Assembly (NCBI GenBank): GCA_965237415.1
Contig: CBDEFM010000002.1
Location: 2,432,001-2,496,000, forward strand
Direction of reading: 5' to 3'
DNA length: 64,000 nucleotides
DNA from: Alphaproteobacteria bacterium
GTDB taxonomy: Bacteria > Pseudomonadota > Alphaproteobacteria > UBA828
Part shown: piece by piece, positions 53,184-63,628 of the stretch
How the letters are laid out: the number at the start of each line of letters is the position of its first letter
Numbering within the stretch: position 1 is the first letter of the stretch
Program-made: the position numbers and the translations under genes
The notes under the pieces: model-generated
What the model was told of the DNA's origin: nothing
The model's input: only the letters and a program-made list of their open reading frames with translations
Databases searched by the model: none

Positions 53184-53981
53184 CTAGCGCCCGGAGCCTT
53201 GCTCACCATGATTTGAAGCCGCGCCGGCGCGTGCCACGGTCTCTATGGCCGCGCACAGACGGCCAAGGTCGTGCTCCCGCGATAGGCGGTGGTCGCCGTC
53301 CTTCACCAGCTCGGCCACGACGCTCTCGCTCCTCACGCGCTCGGCGATGCGCAAGGCGGTCCGCCAGGGCACATCCTCGTCGACCATGCCTTGCAGCAGG
53401 TGGATCGGACAATCGAGCGGGATGGGCGCGCGCAGCAGCAGATGACCGCGCGCCTCCTCGATCAGGCGCATGGTGATCGGATAGGGATCGTCGTCGTAGT
53501 CGCAGGGGAGCTCTATGGCGCCGGTCTCGGTGAGGCGCTGCCGGGTCTCGTCGTCGAGCGTGGACCAGATGAGGTCCTCGGTGAAATCGGGCGCCGCCGC
53601 GACGCCGACGAGGCCCGCGACGCGCTCAGGCCGTGCCAGCGCCACCAACAGCATCACCCAGCCACCCATGCTGGAGCCCACCAGGACCTGCGGTCCGCGG
53701 GCGACCCCATCGAGCACGGCCAGCGCATCGTCCCGCCACCCGCCGATGGTGCCGTCGCGGAACGCGCCACCGGATTCGCCGTGGCCGGAATAGTCGAAGC
53801 GTATGAAGGCGCGGCCCGCGCGGCGGCAGTGGGCTTCCAGGGCCGTGGCCTTGGTGCCGGTCATGTCCGACATGAAGCCGCCGAGGAACATCACGCCAGG
53901 CGGCTTGCCCTCAACCGTGCGGTAAGCGATCGCCTCGCACCCGGCGCGCCGCAACAGCGATGGCGGTGGAAGATCCTGCAT
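53184..53981 (-). CDS. Alpha/beta hydrolase
   Basis: GFMSDMTGTKA, RFDYSGHG, GSSMGG, DGDHRLS. Confidence 0.9.
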   Translation of the reverse strand: MQDLPPPSLLRRAGCEAIAYRTVEGKPPGVMFLGGFMSDMTGTKATALEAHCRRAGRAFIRFDYSGHGESGGAFRDGTIGGWRDDALAVLDGVARGPQVLVGSSMGGWVMLLVALARPERVAGLVGVAAAPDFTEDLIWSTLDDETRQRLTETGAIELPCDYDDDPYPITMRLIEEARGHLLLRAPIPLDCPIHLLQGMVDEDVPWRTALRIAERVRSESVVAELVKDGDHRLSREHDLGRLCAAIETVARAGAASNHGEQGSGR

Positions 53982-54158
53982 GAAATCGCTCGCTCGATCC
54001 GGATGACTGCCCGTGCTTTGCGGATTGCCGCTCGACCGGGTGGCTCGTGAGCCTCGCGAAGCCGGGGGGCGGCAGCATAGCGGTGTCGACGCCCGATCAC
54101 ACCCGGGACTTACCTGCGCGGCCCGAGAAAACCAGCGCCTCCCCTGTGTGCCGGTGAG

Positions 54159-55622
54159 ATGACGAAAGTGACGTCGCGCGTCGACGCAGCCGGCGATCTA
54201 CAGTTACCGCCTGACGAGATGATCGACCTCGCGCATAGGGTGACCGAACTCCTTGTGGAGCGCACAAAAAACCTGCCGGAAGAGAATGCCTGGGAGGGTG
54301 AGTTCCGGCAGGTGCTCGAAGACCAACTGTTCGAGGACCCGCCCGAGGACGGGCGGTCTGCCGCAGAGGTGATCGAGAGGGCCGCGCGCGAGATCCTTCC
54401 GTTCACGTTGCGTAACGATCACCCCCGCTCCTTCGGGTTCATCCCGTCATCGCCCACCTGGCCCGGCGTGCTGGCCGACTTCATGGCCGCCGGCTACCAC
54501 GTCAACCAGTGCACCTGGCTGGTCGCGAGCGGCCCGAGCCAGCTGGAGCTGGTCGTCATCGACTGGTTCAGGCGCTGGATCGGCTATCCGGAGGGCGCGG
54601 GTGGGCTCTTCACCAGCGGCGGCTCGGCGGCGAGCGTCGACGCCTTCGTCGCCGCGCGCGAGGCGATGGGCCACCCCGAACGCGCCACCGTCTACATGAG
54701 CGATCAGAGCCACAGCGCGCTCGCCCGCGCGGCGATAATCGTCGGCGTCCGGCGCGAGTGCATCCGCATGGTCCCGAGCGACCCGCATTTCCGCATGGAC
54801 ATGGATGCGCTCGCCCGCGCTGTAGCCGACGACCGCGATGCCGGCCTCAGCCCCATCGCCGTCGCCGCCAACGCCGGAACGGTGAGCACGGGCGCAATCG
54901 ACTCGCTCGAGGAGATGGCCGACTTCTGCGCGGCGGAAGGCCTCTGGCTGCATGCCGACGCCGCCTACGGCGGTTTCGCGGTGTTAACCGAGCGAGGCAA
55001 GCGGCGCCTGCGGGGAATCGAACGCGCCGATTCAATGGGCATCGACGCGCACAAGTGGCTCTTCCAGCCCTACGAGGCGGGCTGCCTGCTGGTGAAGGAC
55101 GAGAACACGCTCAAGGACGCCTTCGCGGTCCGGCCCGATATCCTTCAGGACACGGTCTGGGGGGCGAACCACCCCAACTTCTCGAACCTCGGCCTGCAAC
55201 TGAGCCGCTCGGTTCGCGCCCTGAAGGTCTGGATGTCGATCCAGACCTTCGGGATGGCGGCGTTCCGGCGCGCGGTCGAGAAGGGGATGGAACTGTCCGC
55301 CCGGGCTGAAGAATATGTCCGTGCGAGTCCGGTCCTGGAGGCCATGAACGCGGTGACGCTGGGGATCGTGTGCTTCCGGGTCAATCCGGTGGACGATGAC
55401 CTCGACGAGGAGACGCTGGACAAGGTCAACAGGACCTTGCTCGCCCGCATGTTCTGGGACGACCCCGCGTTCATATCGTCGACGCTGCTGCACGGAAGGT
55501 TCGTGCTCAGGATGTGCATCATCAATCACACCACGACCTGGGACGACGTGCGGGAGACCCTTGAAGCCGTGGAACGCTTCGGCAGAGATGCAACGTCGAA
55601 GGCGGTGCATAGCAGTACGTGA
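54159..55622 (+). CDS. PLP-dependent group II (aromatic-L-amino-acid-like) decarboxylase
   Basis: TSGGSAA, QSHSA, WLHADAAYGG, DAHKWLFQPY (PLP lysine). Confidence 0.9.
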   Translation: MTKVTSRVDAAGDLQLPPDEMIDLAHRVTELLVERTKNLPEENAWEGEFRQVLEDQLFEDPPEDGRSAAEVIERAAREILPFTLRNDHPRSFGFIPSSPTWPGVLADFMAAGYHVNQCTWLVASGPSQLELVVIDWFRRWIGYPEGAGGLFTSGGSAASVDAFVAAREAMGHPERATVYMSDQSHSALARAAIIVGVRRECIRMVPSDPHFRMDMDALARAVADDRDAGLSPIAVAANAGTVSTGAIDSLEEMADFCAAEGLWLHADAAYGGFAVLTERGKRRLRGIERADSMGIDAHKWLFQPYEAGCLLVKDENTLKDAFAVRPDILQDTVWGANHPNFSNLGLQLSRSVRALKVWMSIQTFGMAAFRRAVEKGMELSARAEEYVRASPVLEAMNAVTLGIVCFRVNPVDDDLDEETLDKVNRTLLARMFWDDPAFISSTLLHGRFVLRMCIINHTTTWDDVRETLEAVERFGRDATSKAVHSST

Positions 55623-55685
55623 GCGCGCATCGTCATCGGCTGCCTCACCGACGGCGCCTTCGGAGGATAACGCTCGGCGATCCCC

Positions 55686-57101
55686 TTAGTGGAATTCGAC
55701 GTAGCGGTAGTCGAGGGGCTGGCCGTGAATGCCGCGCTTCGGATGAGCGATCCAGCCGGCCATCGCGCCGGGCTCGGTCACCGGGTGCATCAGGGACTCG
55801 ACGAAGGCACGGTCCGCCGCGCTCGGCAGCCAGTCTTCCCGCTTCGCCGCCCATGTCGCGTCGTCGATCAGCGTGCCGTCGGGAGCGGTGTGGATGCCGG
55901 CGAAGGCCCCGATGTTGCGGTGGAAGGCGCGATGCGGCAGGCGCAGCTCGACGTCGATGTCGAAGCGGCGCAGCACCTTGTTGAAACGGTCGATGCCGCG
56001 CTGGCTGTCGTCCACATAGGCACCGCGCAGCGTCTCGTTCATCGCCTTCAGTGCGGTCACCTCCTTCGACGCCACCTTGCCGCCCTCTATGGCCGGGACC
56101 GCGACGGTGCCCTCGGCGAGCACGTGGTCGTCGTCGATCTTGGTCTCCTGGTAACGGCCCTTCAGCCCCATCGAATAGTAGTTGGCGGCGTTCGTCGATT
56201 CCTCCGAGCCGAACAGATCGAGGCAGATCGAGTAGTGGAGGTTGATCCACTTCTGCAGCAGCGCAAGCGGCACCGCACCGTAAGGCGCAACATCGTCGGT
56301 GTCGTGTTCGCGCATCTTCTCGCAGGTGCGCCGCACGATGCGCATGATGCCGGATTCGCCCACAAACATGTGGTGGGCCTCTTCGGTCAGCATGAAGCGG
56401 CAGGTGCGGGACAGCGGGTCGAAGCCCGATTCCGCGAGTGCGCAGAGCTGGAACTTGCCGTCGCGATCCTGGAAGAAGGTGTACATGAAGAACGAGAGCC
56501 AGTCGTCCGTCGGCTCGTTGAAGGCCTCCAGCGTGCGCGGCTTGTCGGCATCGCCCGCGTGGCGGGCCAGCATCTCCTCCGCCTCCTCGCGCCCGTCGCG
56601 GCCGAAAAAGGCGTGCAGCAGGTAGACCATTGCCCAGAGGTGCCGGCCCTCTTCGACATTGACCTGGTAGAGGTTGCGAAGGTCGTAGAGCGAGGGCGCG
56701 GTGAGGCCTAAGCGGCGTTGCTGCTCGACCGAAGCGGGCTCCGTGTCGCCTTGGACGACGATCAGCCGGCGCAGCTCCGCGCGGTACTCGCCGGGCAGCT
56801 CCTGCCACGCAGGCTGGCCCTTGTGGATACCGAAGTTGATGCGCCGGTCGGGCTCGGGCGGGGCCAGGAAGATGCCCCACCTGTAGTCGGGCATCTTGAC
56901 GTGGTTGAAGTGGGCCCAGCCATCGCGCTCGACGCTGATGGCGGTGCGCAGATAGACGTCGTGCTCCAGCGCACCGACGGGGCCAAGCTCCCGCCACCAG
57001 TCGAGATAGGCCGGCTGCCAGCGCTCAAGCGCGCGCAACAGGCGGCGGTCATCGGCGAGGCCCACATTGTTGGGGATGCGTTCGTTGTAGTCGACCTGCA
57101 T
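55686..57101 (-). CDS. boxB: Benzoyl-CoA 2,3-epoxidase subunit B
   Basis: ERIPNNV, VQGDTEPASVEQQ, NVEEGRHLWAM, TEEAHHMFVGE diiron motifs. Confidence 0.95.
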   Translation of the reverse strand: MQVDYNERIPNNVGLADDRRLLRALERWQPAYLDWWRELGPVGALEHDVYLRTAISVERDGWAHFNHVKMPDYRWGIFLAPPEPDRRINFGIHKGQPAWQELPGEYRAELRRLIVVQGDTEPASVEQQRRLGLTAPSLYDLRNLYQVNVEEGRHLWAMVYLLHAFFGRDGREEAEEMLARHAGDADKPRTLEAFNEPTDDWLSFFMYTFFQDRDGKFQLCALAESGFDPLSRTCRFMLTEEAHHMFVGESGIMRIVRRTCEKMREHDTDDVAPYGAVPLALLQKWINLHYSICLDLFGSEESTNAANYYSMGLKGRYQETKIDDDHVLAEGTVAVPAIEGGKVASKEVTALKAMNETLRGAYVDDSQRGIDRFNKVLRRFDIDVELRLPHRAFHRNIGAFAGIHTAPDGTLIDDATWAAKREDWLPSAADRAFVESLMHPVTEPGAMAGWIAHPKRGIHGQPLDYRYVEFH

Positions 57102-57134
57102 CGGGCTCCTTTCGCGGCGCCGGACCTGCCGGTG

Positions 57135-58796
57135 CTAGACGCGGTTGCGGTCGAAGGTGGGCTGCACGCCCGACCCGTAGAGCGCCAGCGCACCATCGGG
57201 GCCGACGGTGTTGGGGCGTTGGAATATCCAGTTCTGCCAGGCGGAGAGGCGGCCGAAGATCTTGGTTTCCAGGGTCTCCGGCCCGGCGAAGCGGAGCGAG
57301 GCCTCCATGCCGGTCAGCGCGTCCGGCGAGAATGCCGCGCGCGCCTCGATGGCGACGCGCACCTCATCCTCCCAGTCGATATCGTCAGGCGCGAAGGTGA
57401 CGAGGCCGAGCGCCTCTGCCGCCTCGGCGTCGAGGTTGGCGCCCACGGCATCCAGCGCGGCGGCGAGCGCGGCGTCATCGCCATAGAAGCGGCTGGCGAG
57501 CCGCGAGAGGCCGTTCGCCATCGGCAGAGGGCCGGTGTTCATCGCCGTTAGCCGCACCGTCGCCGGCGCCAGGTTCGAGTCCTCGAAGGTGCCGTCGAGC
57601 ATGAAGCTGCGATCGGCCACGAGCGCGAGTTCCAGCAGCGTGCCGGTAAAGCATGAGCCCGGCTCGATCAGCGCGAGAAGGCTGCGCGCGCTCACGTCGA
57701 GGCGCTTGAGGGTGCGCTTCAGGTAGAGGGTGATCTCGCGCGCCAGCCAGTCGTCGGCCGAGGCCACAAGCGCGGCATCGGCCGCGGCCATGTGATCGGC
57801 CTCGCCTGCTGTCTTGAGGATCCAGGTGCCAATTGCCGGCTCGTTGAAGCGCAGGTGCAGGATCGCATCGTCAAGCTCCCGCGCCAGCGCCAGCGGCCAA
57901 AAATCGGCACCGGCGGCATGAATGGCGTCGCGGCCCGAAGGCGGCGGCGCGTTGGGCGCGGAGACCGTCAGCGTCGCCGTGCCGCTGGCGCGGTCGAGCA
58001 GGACGTGCACATGGCGATAGGCGACGGCATCGTCGGTCACGGTGCGCCCGAGCGGCGGCAGCGCAATACCCTTCGCATCGGCCGGCCGGTCCGAGTCCTC
58101 GGCGAGGGCTGCCGCGCGGGCGGCCACGGCATCGACGAGGCGGGAGCGCGGCACCAGCTCGTCGACCAGATTCCATTCCAGCGCCCGGCGCCCGCGCACG
58201 CCTTCGCCCGTGGTACAGAAGTAATCGGCGCGGTCGCGGCGCACGCAGCGTTTGTCCACGACGCGGGTGAGCCCGCCGGTACCCGGCAGGACCGCGAGCA
58301 GCGGTACTTCCGGCAACGACACGGCGGTGGACCCGTCATCGACCAGGAGGATGTGGTCGGTCGCGAGCGCGAGCTCGTAGCCGCCGCCCGCAGCGGTGCC
58401 CGCGACCACCGTCATCCAGCGCTGGCCCGAGTTGGCCGATGCATCCTCGATGGCGTTGCGGGTCTCGTTGGTGAACTTGCAGAAGTTGACCTTGTCGATG
58501 TGCGACGAGCGGGCGAGCATCGCAATGTTCGCGCCGGCACAGAACACGCGGTCCTTCGCGGACGTGAGCACCACGGCGCGCACGCGCGGGTGCTCGAATC
58601 GCAGGCGCTGAACAACGTCGTAGAGCTCGATATCGACGCCGAGATCGTAGGAGTTGAGCTTCAGTGTATAGTCGCCGGCAATGGCGCCATTCTCGTCCAC
58701 GTCGAGTGCGAGCGTGGCAATGGCACCGTCGAAGGCGAGACGCCAGTGGCGGTACTCGTCCGGGTGGGTCCGGAAGTCGATCATGATCCCCGCCAT
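57135..58796 (-). CDS. boxC: 2,3-epoxybenzoyl-CoA dihydrolase
   Basis: LKLNSYDLGVDIEL, KVNFCKFTNETRN, ETKIFGRLSAWQNWIFQRPN. Confidence 0.95.
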   Translation of the reverse strand: MAGIMIDFRTHPDEYRHWRLAFDGAIATLALDVDENGAIAGDYTLKLNSYDLGVDIELYDVVQRLRFEHPRVRAVVLTSAKDRVFCAGANIAMLARSSHIDKVNFCKFTNETRNAIEDASANSGQRWMTVVAGTAAGGGYELALATDHILLVDDGSTAVSLPEVPLLAVLPGTGGLTRVVDKRCVRRDRADYFCTTGEGVRGRRALEWNLVDELVPRSRLVDAVAARAAALAEDSDRPADAKGIALPPLGRTVTDDAVAYRHVHVLLDRASGTATLTVSAPNAPPPSGRDAIHAAGADFWPLALARELDDAILHLRFNEPAIGTWILKTAGEADHMAAADAALVASADDWLAREITLYLKRTLKRLDVSARSLLALIEPGSCFTGTLLELALVADRSFMLDGTFEDSNLAPATVRLTAMNTGPLPMANGLSRLASRFYGDDAALAAALDAVGANLDAEAAEALGLVTFAPDDIDWEDEVRVAIEARAAFSPDALTGMEASLRFAGPETLETKIFGRLSAWQNWIFQRPNTVGPDGALALYGSGVQPTFDRNRV

Positions 58797-58904
58797 CCGT
58801 CGGGCAACGGGGCCGCTCCCCGATGCCGTTGGCGCGCTAAGGACTATATGGCGTGTCCCGGCCTGCTATCCACGGAAATCGGGCGGCAGGCAGGAGGGCA
58901 TACG

Positions 58905-60221
58905 CTAATCCTTGGGACGCAGGTCGAAAACCCGCTTGGCCTTGCCGATGGAGCGCTCGATCGAGCCCGGCTCTCCGACCGTGACATTGCTGCTGATGCC
59001 GATTTGCGACTTGATACGGCCGGCGAGATCGCTCCCGGTCGCCCCTCGGGTCTCGTTGTCGGCAGCGCCGGGCTTGGCCTCGACGACGACCGTCAACTCG
59101 TCGAGGCGGCCGGGCCGCCGCACTTCGAGATAGTAGTGCGGCGAGAGACGCTCGTCTTCGAGCACGATCTTCTCGATGAACGACGGGAACAGGTTGACGC
59201 CGCGGATGATCAGCATGTCGTCGTTGCGTCCGGTGACCCGCTGCATCCGCCGCATGGAGCGTGCGGTGCCCGGCAGCAGCCGGGTGAGGTCGCGGGTGCG
59301 GTAACGGATGATGGGGCACGCCTCCTTGGTGAGAGAGGTGATGACCAGCTCCCCCAGCTCGCCGTCGGGCAGCACTGCGCCGGTCTCGGGATCGACAATT
59401 TCCGGATAGAAGTGGTCCTCCCAAATGTGGAGGCCGTCCTTGCTTTCGACGCATTCGACCGAGACGCCCGGGCCGATGGCCTCGGAGCAGCCGTATATGT
59501 CGATCGCCTGCATGGCGAAGCGGGCCTCGATCTCCTCGCGCATCGCCTCGGTCCATGGCTCGGCGCCGTGAATGCCGATCTGCAGCGAGCAGCGCCGCGG
59601 GTCCAGCCCCCGGCGCTCGAACTCATCGGCGATCGCGAGCATGTAGGACGGCGTCACGGCAATAACCCGGGGCTCGAAGTCGCAGATCATCCCGACCTGA
59701 CGCTCGGTGAACCCGCCCGATGCGGGGATCACGGTGCAGCCCAGCTTCTCGGCGCCGGCATGGAGGCCGAGGCCGCCGGTGAAGAGCCCGTAGCCGTAGG
59801 CGACGTGCACCATGTCGCCGGACCGCGCGCCGGCGGCGCGCAGGCACCGGGCCACGAGGCCGGCCCACATGTCGAGGTCGGCCCTCGTGTAGCCCACGAC
59901 GGTGGGGATGCCGGTGGTGCCGCTCGAGGCATGGATGCGGATGACCCGCGCACGGGGCACCGCAAACAGGTCGAAGGGATAGTTGAGGCGGAGGTCGTCC
60001 TTAACCGTGAACGGGAACTGGGCTAGGTCGTCGAGGGACGTGAGATCGGCCGGGCTCACGCCGGCATCGTCGAAACACTTCTTGTAGTGGGCGACATTGT
60101 CGTAGGCGTGCCGCAGGGTCGCGCGCAGCCTGTCGAGCTGCAGTGCCGCGATTTCGTCGCGGCTCGCGGTCTCGATCGGATCGAGTTCGTCCGGGCTCGG
60201 GGGGCGGGCGGGGTCGTTCAT
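58905..60221 (-). CDS. paaK: Phenylacetate-CoA ligase
   Basis: RIHASSGTTG, YGYGLFTGGLG, GAEPWT, IYGCSE, RYRTRD, DDMLIIRGVN. Confidence 0.93.
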   Translation of the reverse strand: MNDPARPPSPDELDPIETASRDEIAALQLDRLRATLRHAYDNVAHYKKCFDDAGVSPADLTSLDDLAQFPFTVKDDLRLNYPFDLFAVPRARVIRIHASSGTTGIPTVVGYTRADLDMWAGLVARCLRAAGARSGDMVHVAYGYGLFTGGLGLHAGAEKLGCTVIPASGGFTERQVGMICDFEPRVIAVTPSYMLAIADEFERRGLDPRRCSLQIGIHGAEPWTEAMREEIEARFAMQAIDIYGCSEAIGPGVSVECVESKDGLHIWEDHFYPEIVDPETGAVLPDGELGELVITSLTKEACPIIRYRTRDLTRLLPGTARSMRRMQRVTGRNDDMLIIRGVNLFPSFIEKIVLEDERLSPHYYLEVRRPGRLDELTVVVEAKPGAADNETRGATGSDLAGRIKSQIGISSNVTVGEPGSIERSIGKAKRVFDLRPKD

Positions 60222-60367
60222 GGCGCTCCTCCAGCAGTGCCGCACCATACCGTATCGCACGCCGGCGGCATCGCCCGCGTTGACAGGTGCGTGGCCTGCG
60301 CGGATAGTCGGGCGCCTGTTTCGGTGGCGCCCGTTGCGGCAGCCCACACCCGTCAGGCTTCCGCCCC

Positions 60368-61270
60368 ATGTCCTCATCGACCGTCTCAAGCGATAGCAGC
60401 GACCGAACCGACGATCCGGCCACGGTGATCGCGTTCCAGGGCGCACCCGGCGCCTATTCCGAGGCCGCCTGCGTGGCCCGCTACCCGGCGATGACCACGC
60501 TCCCCTGCAAGACCTTCAGCGATACCTTCGCCGCGGTCGCGCACGGCCGCGCGGGGCTGGCGATGATCCCGATCGAGAACTCGGCGGCGGGCCGGGTGGC
60601 CGACATTCACCAGCTCCTGCCCCAGTCCGACCTCCATATCATCGCCGAGCACTTCGAGCGCGTCCGGCATAACCTCCTCGCCTGCCCGGGTGCCGACCCG
60701 CCGGGGCTCGAGACCGTGCACTCGCATGTCCACGCGCTCTCCCAGTGTCGCAAGCTCATCGACCGGCTGGGCCTGCTGCCGGTGGTGCACGCCGATACCG
60801 CAGGCGCCGCTGCCGAGGTGGCGGCGGCCGGCGACCCGAGCCGAGCCGCGATCGCCTCCCGGCTTGCGGCAGAGACCTATGGACTTGCGATCGTCGAGGC
60901 GGACATCGAGGACGAGGCCCACAACACGACGCGCTTCGCGGTGTTGTCGCGGGAGCCGCTCGATCCCGGCCCCGACGGCGGGCCGGTGATTACCTCCTTC
61001 ATGTTCGAGTGCCGCAACGTGCCGGCGGCGCTCTACAAGTGCCTCGGCGGTTTCGCCACCAACGGCGTCAACATGACGAAGCTCGAGAGCTACATGGTGG
61101 GCGGAACCTTCTCGGCGACGGTCTTCTTCGCCGAGGTGGAAGGGCACCCGTCGGATGCGGCGCTCTGCCGCGCGTTGGAAGAGCTCGACTACTTCTCGCG
61201 GGAGGTCCGGGTCATGGGCGTCTACCCCGCCGATCCCTACCGACGCGAAGAGGCCGCCAACCGACGCTGA
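60368..61270 (+). CDS. pheA: Prephenate dehydratase
   Basis: FQGAPGAYS, PIENS, SHVHALSQC, NTTRF, ACT domain NMTKLES. Confidence 0.94.
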   Translation: MSSSTVSSDSSDRTDDPATVIAFQGAPGAYSEAACVARYPAMTTLPCKTFSDTFAAVAHGRAGLAMIPIENSAAGRVADIHQLLPQSDLHIIAEHFERVRHNLLACPGADPPGLETVHSHVHALSQCRKLIDRLGLLPVVHADTAGAAAEVAAAGDPSRAAIASRLAAETYGLAIVEADIEDEAHNTTRFAVLSREPLDPGPDGGPVITSFMFECRNVPAALYKCLGGFATNGVNMTKLESYMVGGTFSATVFFAEVEGHPSDAALCRALEELDYFSREVRVMGVYPADPYRREEAANRR

Positions 61271-61315
61271 GCGATGCGCGTTGCAGGCGCCCAGGATTTC
61301 CGGAGCCGAGCCGTG

Positions 61316-61577
61316 ATGACCGAGCCAACGCCGCTACAACGTACCGTCACATGGCCCGTGATACGCAACTCGCTGATGGTGGGCGTGGTCGTCGGCACCA
61401 TCCTGAACATGATCAATCAGGGCGAATACATAACCGGCGACGGCCCGATCAACTGGTTCAAGCTCGGGCTGACCTAATTGCGTGCCGTTCTGAGTCGCCA
61501 CTTACGGCGCTTTCTCCGCCGCGCGCATCTTCGAGAAGCACGCGCGGGCGTGGGAGAAGATGCGCAGCGGCGGCTGA
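61316..61577 (+). pseudogene. nrtS: NrtS-family small nitrate/nitrite transporter, frameshifted
   Basis: VVVGTILNMINQG..WFKLGLT then TAA at 61475; the +1 frame continues CVPF*VATYGA (family pattern LTY-x-VP-[YF]-CV-x-TYG) with a TGA at 61491. Confidence 0.75.
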
Positions 61578-61608
61578 GGCCTCCACTGCAGCATCCGCGT
61601 GGAGGCAC

Positions 61609-62379
61609 CTATTCCCAGCGCGGATCGCGCCCGGCGCGGTAAGCCTCCATCGCCTCGGCGAAGTCAGGCGCGGCCATGGCCTTACTTTGCAGCACCAGAT
61701 ACTTGTGGAAGAAGCCCTCCCAACCGAGGTCGAAACAGTCGAGCAGCATCTGTTTGGAGGCCCGGCACCCGGCGGAGTTGGTAGAGGCGTATTCGGCGAG
61801 ATAGCCCTCGTACTCGTCGAACGCGGTATCCTCGGCGACCAGGTGATCGACCATCCCGATGCGCTCGGCCTCGGTGCCGTCGATCATGTTGCCCCGGATA
61901 ATCAGCGACTTGGCGCGGCCGAGCCCGACATAACGTGCCAAGCGGAAGGTCCCGAGCCCGGGGATCAGCCCTTCCTTGATCGCGGGCAGCCCGAGCTTGG
62001 CCGACGGCGTGCAGACGCGGATGTCGCAGGCCAGCGCGAGTTGCAGACCGCCGCCAACGGCGTAACCGTGAATGAGGCAGAGGACCAACTTGTCCATCGT
62101 TTCGAACACCCGGAGCGCCGCGTCCCACATGTCGAAATAACTCGGCTCGATCCTGCCCGCAGCGAGATCCTTGAGGTCGATACCGGTGGAAAACGCCCGG
62201 CCCGATCCGGCGATCGACACCATCCGCACATCATCGTCGGCGGCGACGCTGTGGGCCGCGTCGAGCAACTCCCGCGTGCCGGTCATGGCAAAGGCGTTCA
62301 GCCGTTCCGGCCGCGTCAATTCGATACGGAGCAGCCGTCCGTCGCGCGTCAGCTTCATGGTCTCGTAGTCGGCGGTCAT
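61609..62379 (-). CDS. Enoyl-CoA hydratase/isomerase family protein
   Basis: RPERLNA, AFSTGIDL, HGYAVGGGLQLALACDIR. Confidence 0.9.
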   Translation of the reverse strand: MTADYETMKLTRDGRLLRIELTRPERLNAFAMTGTRELLDAAHSVAADDDVRMVSIAGSGRAFSTGIDLKDLAAGRIEPSYFDMWDAALRVFETMDKLVLCLIHGYAVGGGLQLALACDIRVCTPSAKLGLPAIKEGLIPGLGTFRLARYVGLGRAKSLIIRGNMIDGTEAERIGMVDHLVAEDTAFDEYEGYLAEYASTNSAGCRASKQMLLDCFDLGWEGFFHKYLVLQSKAMAAPDFAEAMEAYRAGRDPRWE

Positions 62380-62595
62380 GGCGGATGTCCTCGAGGCGTG
62401 CACCGGGCGAGGGGCCGCGAATTGGCGGACTCGTGTCGCGGCACACGGGATGGGCTCAAACAGGCGAAAAAGCATATCGTCCGGGGTCGTGCGGCGGAAC
62501 CCTGTTCGCAGGAACCGATGACGGGTGAACGGCCCACGATCTACGCGCGCAACGGAATGCGTGCATAATGCGCCAAAATCTTCGAGACGATGCCA

Positions 62596-63603
62596 ATGGC
62601 CGAGCGTTCATTCGCCAAGGAAGTTCAGGATCTGCGCATCGGCGCGGGGCAGGAGTTCCGCGGCGAGGGAATACTGGCGATTACCAAGGCTCTGCTGGAA
62701 TGCGGCGTCGGCTATGTGGGCGGCTATCCGGGCGCACCGGTTTCGCACTTGATCGACGTGCTCTCCGACGCCGAGGAAATCCTGGGCGAGCTCGGAGTGA
62801 ATTTCGAGGCCAACGCCAGCGAGGCCGCGGCAGCCGCCATGTTGGCCGCCTCCGTCAACTATCCGATCCGGGGCGCGGTCACCTTCAAGGGGCCCGTCGG
62901 AGCGAATGTCGCAGCCGATGCGCTCGCCAATCTCTCCTCCGGCGGAGTGACGGGGGGCGCGCTGGTGATCCTCGGCGAGGACTACGGCGAAGGTTCCTCG
63001 ATCATGCAGGAGCGCACCCATGCCTTCGCCACCAAGTCCCAGCTCTGGCTGCTGGACCCGCGGCCGAACCTGCCCTCCATCGTGAAGGCGGTGCGGGACG
63101 GCTTCGAGCTGTCCGAGGCGTCCCACACGCCGGTGATCCTGGAGGTCCGAATCCGCGCCTGCCATGTCTACGGCGCCTTCGAGGCAGAGGACAATCGGCC
63201 CCCGCCGCTTACCGTGCGGACCGACGGGGTGCTCTGGTTCGGCGCGCTCTACCTCCTCGCCGCCGCAAAGCGGTGGCGGCGCGGCATGCTCCGCCACCGG
63301 GTCGAGACGGCGCATCTGGAGCGCTGGCTCGCGCTCGCGCTGGAGACGGCGCGGCAGGACCGCGCGCTCGCGGCAGAGATCGTGGCCTGCCGACGGCTGA
63401 TCAAGGGCTATTCCGACACACGCGTGCGCGGCGAGGCCAAGTTCGACAAGGTGCTCGCCGCGCTCCCCATGCTGGAGGGGCGGGTCGACGCGGCCGATTG
63501 GCTCCGCCGGCTGCGCGAGGCCGCGCTTCGGGACGAGAAGGGCGAGGCCCTGGAGGGGGCGCTGAAGACGGTGGCGTCGTTTGCGACGAAGGAAGCGGCC
63601 TAA
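62596..63603 (+). pseudogene. Indolepyruvate ferredoxin oxidoreductase alpha N-terminus fused in frame to a beta-family C-terminus (probable deletion chimera)
   Basis: MAERSF..GYPGAP..GEDYGEGSSIMQERTH is IorA N-terminal; abrupt switch near 63215 to RTDG..RLIKGYSDT..LREAALRDE typical of the downstream beta-family subunit tail. Confidence 0.7.
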
Positions 63604-63628
63604 TCTGACGACGATGCGCAGGAGCGCC

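Noticed and set aside
61491-61493. In-frame TGA at a Cys position as selenocysteine
   Set aside because: It lies downstream of a frameshift/stop in the same gene; decay is the simpler explanation and NrtS is not a known selenoprotein
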